The notes under the pieces: generated by a model
What the model saw: the letters and a program-made list of their open reading frames with translations, nothing else
Told to the model about the DNA's origin: nothing
Databases searched by the model: none
Part shown: positions 60,261 through 64,000 of the stretch, piece after piece
Layout of the letters: every line of letters starts with the position of its first letter
Numbering within the stretch: the first letter of the stretch is position 1
Assembly (NCBI GenBank): GCA_964106645.2
Contig: OZ067041.1
From: Podarcis pityusensis
Taxonomy: Eukaryota
Strand: one strand, 5' to 3'
DNA: 64,000 nt
Made by a program: the position numbers and the translations under genes

Positions 60261-61773
60261 TGCACCTGTTAAAATTCTGGGAGCCAAATTCTGCACTAAT
60301 TGAAGCTTCTGCGTAGTCTTCAAGGGCAGCCATACATATAATGGGTAATGCTAATCCAACTGGGAGGTCACCAAAGCACGGATCACTATAGACAGGTAAT
60401 AGCCTTCATTTTGACATTATCCCATGTGTTGCAGAAACTCGACAATGGCTGAGACCCAGGGCAAAGAATTTGGCCTGACAAAAATGGAGGTAATTTTTGC
60501 AAACCCCAGAATAATCAAACACAGCAGTGAGCACCACCCGATGAGTTCAATGGGATTGATGGCAAAAGGAATCAGAGGTAGAAGAAAAAAGGGGCAGAAG
60601 AAAGCATATTAAAAAGGATGAAATTGAAATAAATCACTAGTTCAGTGGAAAGTGTTATTCTTTGATTCTTTTAAAGCAGGTTCAAGACGATTTGTCCACT
60701 TAAAACACATAGGAAATAGATTATATACTTGGTAACTCCTTGTAAAAATATGCAGATGATCATGGGGGACCAGTTTTCATGTTGCTTCTTCTATTCACAG
60801 AGCCAACCTGCTGTTATTAATAGGCATATTTTATGGCAATCAGAAACCCAGACAATTGTGCTAACCACTGGGTTCTTGCAGAATGAGCAGCCAGGTCTGC
60901 AAAAAGCGCTTCTTATAGAAACGGCGTTAACCTGCTCTGTTGCTCTTCATTTAACTAAAATATTACACTTGTAGGAACATAACTATATGTAGATTGCCAC
61001 GAACATGTATTTAACTAATGAACTGATGCTAGTGCTAGTCAATAAGGACACAACCCATCACAAATAAGGATTTTTCATTCCTCCTGGTTTCATTGTGTTA
61101 GATTTTGAGTGCATGCTTAACTCTCCCACTGAAATCAGTGTGAGCTGATTGAATATTGTTCAAATATTGTTTTGGAATGTGTGAATTAGGTAATTTTGCC
61201 TTTCAATGCAAACTGAATCAAACTTATCCCTCATCCTACTCCTAGTCCCCTTGATTTGCCCTGCAGCCTCAGATGGGGTGAAGGATGATATCCCATGAAT
61301 AGTGGTGGAGTATAATCCCTCTGCCAATCCAGTCGTATTATGTATGCAGAAATGGGGGAAGCTGCTATTTTCTCCTTTGCCTCTGGTGGCAAAACATATT
61401 GGGCAGGCGCTGTTCATGTACTGGTATTGTATTTTGATAGCCCTCCTTTCCCTCTCTCCCCATGTTTTATTTGCCTGTTAGATTGTGAGCCTTTAAACAG
61501 GGCCTATTTTTTAAATCACATCTTCCCCATTTTGGGAGATGATGAGGTGAAATAAAAAGGAAGCAAATGCCAACAAACCAAGAGAGGTGATTATGAACAA
61601 GTTGGGATCTGAACTTCCAAATAATGCCAACTGAATTAGCATAGAGCTGGCGTTATGCAAGTGTTTTATGTAACTAATAATAATGAGAGATTGTAAACAG
61701 ATAGAATATAAAACTACTCAATAAAACAAAATGGAATAATGACCAAATGCGTTTCAACCCTATAGTCTCTGTT

Positions 61774-61808
<35 letters not shown>

Positions 61809-61949
61809 TTTGGCATTTACAGAACAGCAAACAACTTAAAACAAACTGTGTGTGTGTGTGTGTGTGTGTCAAAAGCAACTACACCTGCAAATAAAAATGC
61901 AGTTCTTAAAAATATTGTAATCTAATGGAAAAATATGTAAATAGAATTA

Positions 61950-62203
61950 CAGTCGTACCTCGGCTCCCAAACGCCTTGGGAGTCGAATGTTCCTGTTCCC
62001 GAATGATTGAAAACTGGAAGTGAGTGTTCTGGTTTTCTTTTTTTCTTTTTTTGGAAGCTGAATGTCTGGCACGGCTTCCGCTATTGTTTCCGGCGCACCT
62101 GTGCAATCGGAAACCAATTGGAAGTCGTGCCTTGGTTTCCGAATGTTTCGCAAGTCGAAAGGACTTCCGGAACGGATTCTATTCGACTTCCGAGGTACGA
62201 CTG
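61950..62203. mobile_element. Tigger/pogo-like MITE family B
   Basis: TA TSD; TIR cagtcgtacctcgg / ccgaggtacgactg. Confidence 0.88.
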
Positions 62204-62664
62204 TATTAAAAGGCAGTTCACCAAATGGGGCTATTAATAATAGTCATCTGGTCACAGATGTGTATTTTTCAACCAAAACAGGCACTCAAAAGCTGATTAC
62301 AGTAGATGATTAACCACATTTTAACAGCTAACCTTTTTGTAACTAAGGGTTGGTTCACACAAATGGTGCTTATTCTTCCCTACAACCCCACAGATAATCA
62401 TAAATATGGATGCACACTTAGATGAACAATCCTTAATAGATACATACAGGGAATGGTCATAATCATTAATTGCCATTCTTGTGACCTACCTTTGCCAACC
62501 TGCCATTACCAGAGAAATGCTCCAGTTAAGTCTGTGTTTGTGGTCAGTTTGTGAAGACTATGCTTGTGAAATCTTGGTTTTCTCCCAAGGCCATGAGAGG
62601 AACAATCCATTTGAGAAATTTATCCAGCCCAGTACACCAATCTATATTTCTTCTGTTTGTCTTA

Positions 62665-62860
62665 AAGGGCTGTAATTTGCAGAGTGATTTAACAGTCGGT
62701 CTATCTTCCCAGAGATCTCTGGAATTGTAGCTCCGTGAGAGGAATAGGGGTCTCCTCTGAGCACCCTTAACAAACTGCAATCCCCAGGATTCATTGGGGG
62801 AAGCCATGGCTATTTAAAGTTGTATCATAGTGCTTTCAATGTATAGTGCAGATGGAACCA
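62665..62860. mobile_element. Partial PIF/Harbinger-like MITE
   Basis: Homologous to the right half of 39470-39771. Confidence 0.6.
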
Positions 62861-62900
62861 CTGGTGTCCAGTTATTTGGGTTATTTGACAGTCTATAAGT

Positions 62901-63244
62901 GACGCGGGTGGCGCTGTGGGTTAAACCACAGAGCCTAGGGCTTGCCGATCAGAAGATTGGCGGTTCGAATCCCCATGATGGAGTGAGCTCCCGTTGCTTG
63001 GTCCCTGCTCCTGCCAACCTAGTAGTTCGAAAGCACTTCAAAGTGCAAGTACATAAATAGGTACCGCTCCAGCAGGAAGGTAAATGGCATTTCTGTGCGC
63101 TGCTCTGGTTCGCCAGAAGCGGCTTAGTCATGCTGGCCACATGACCTGGAAGCTGTACGCCGGCTCCCTCGGCCTATAGAGCGAGATGACCCCAGAGTCA
63201 TCAGTGACTGGACCTAATGTTCAGGGGTCCCTTTACCTTTACCT
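62901..63244 (+). mobile_element. Full-length Sauria SINE
   Basis: gacgcgggtggcgctg...ctttacctttacct; flanking repeat taagtgac (62896-62903 / 63245-63252). Confidence 0.93.
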
Positions 63245-63611
63245 TAAGTGACATACTTGAAATTGCATCTGAACTGAGTTGCATTGCATGAGTTTTTCAG
63301 GCCTTTATTCACCACTCACCACATTGCTTTCTCACTTGTTGCATAAGGCATTGACAGAATTTTCATTTGACCATTTTTGAAGTAGCAAGCAGAATGTTCT
63401 TGCCTAAGTACAAATATATCCCAGGCAGAGGAAAAATGGGGAAATGTGCACCTTTCAATAACATTGCCTGTATTTTGACAGAAGACTTTATAAAATAAAA
63501 ATAGCTGAACATCCATTTTATCTCAGACACTATTGCTGTTTAATGAAATCTTGGACTAAATATGAAAAACAATTTCCAGACATTGTAATGCTAGGTAACG
63601 AAGATAAGGTC

Positions 63612-63676
63612 GCAGAATCATAGGACTGTAGGGACCTTTGAGGTCATCAAGTCCAATCCCCTGCAATGCAGGAATA
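63612..63676 (-). mobile_element. CR1-type 3' tail fragment (tRNA-Lys SINE family)
   Basis: ggtcatcaagtccaatcccctgcaatgcaggaat matches 21960-21993. Confidence 0.55.
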
Positions 63677-64000
63677 AGGTCCTCCTAAGTAACATTTCCT
63701 AAAGGTCTGGTTTCCACTGTGCTCTCTCATAAATTATCTCAGGTATGTATGAATTCACAGCAAAAGGTATTTCTGTTTGTACACCTATAAGATTGTCAGT
63801 GGTTACTGTCTCTGGGGACAGATTTTGTTGCTATTTAGGGCAAGCAGAGTTAGAGGGTGGTTCTATGTACATTTACCTGGAAGCAGGCCTCACTGAAAAC
63901 CGACATATGCTATAAGCCGGGGGTGAGAGGCAGAGGGAGAGGCCAGAGGTACATCAGCATCTTAATCTTAAGGGCCAAATTCACAGAGTGCAGGGAGCAG

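Noticed and set aside
61741-61771. Second hammerhead-like motif (minus strand ...gaaacgcatttggtc)
   Set aside because: The CUGANGA core is missing; at most a decayed remnant

Overview
This is vertebrate nuclear DNA from a squamate reptile. It is most likely a lacertid lizard, inferred from the co-occurrence of Sauria SINEs, Squam3-type SINEs, a tRNA-Lys/CR1-tail SINE, Bov-B, CR1, L2, Rex1 and Penelope elements. The window reads as a large intron or intergenic region. No multi-exon host gene could be assembled; the only host-like coding signal is one candidate signal-peptide exon at 43607-43719 (+). Most long ORFs are retroelement remnants. The most striking structure is a young ~2 kb near-perfect palindromic Penelope (GIY-YIG) insertion with a 12-bp TSD and a minimal hammerhead ribozyme in each arm. 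Other notable items are a solo LTR that is almost entirely one open reading frame, a GC-rich Tc2-like MITE built from tandem hairpins, and a ~55-bp segment apparently copied from 5 kb away into a SINE. Several nested transposon stacks with readable TSDs are also present. Family names come from recalled motif knowledge, not database searches. I do not see firm evidence of a wholly new biological system; the candidates are listed with tests.
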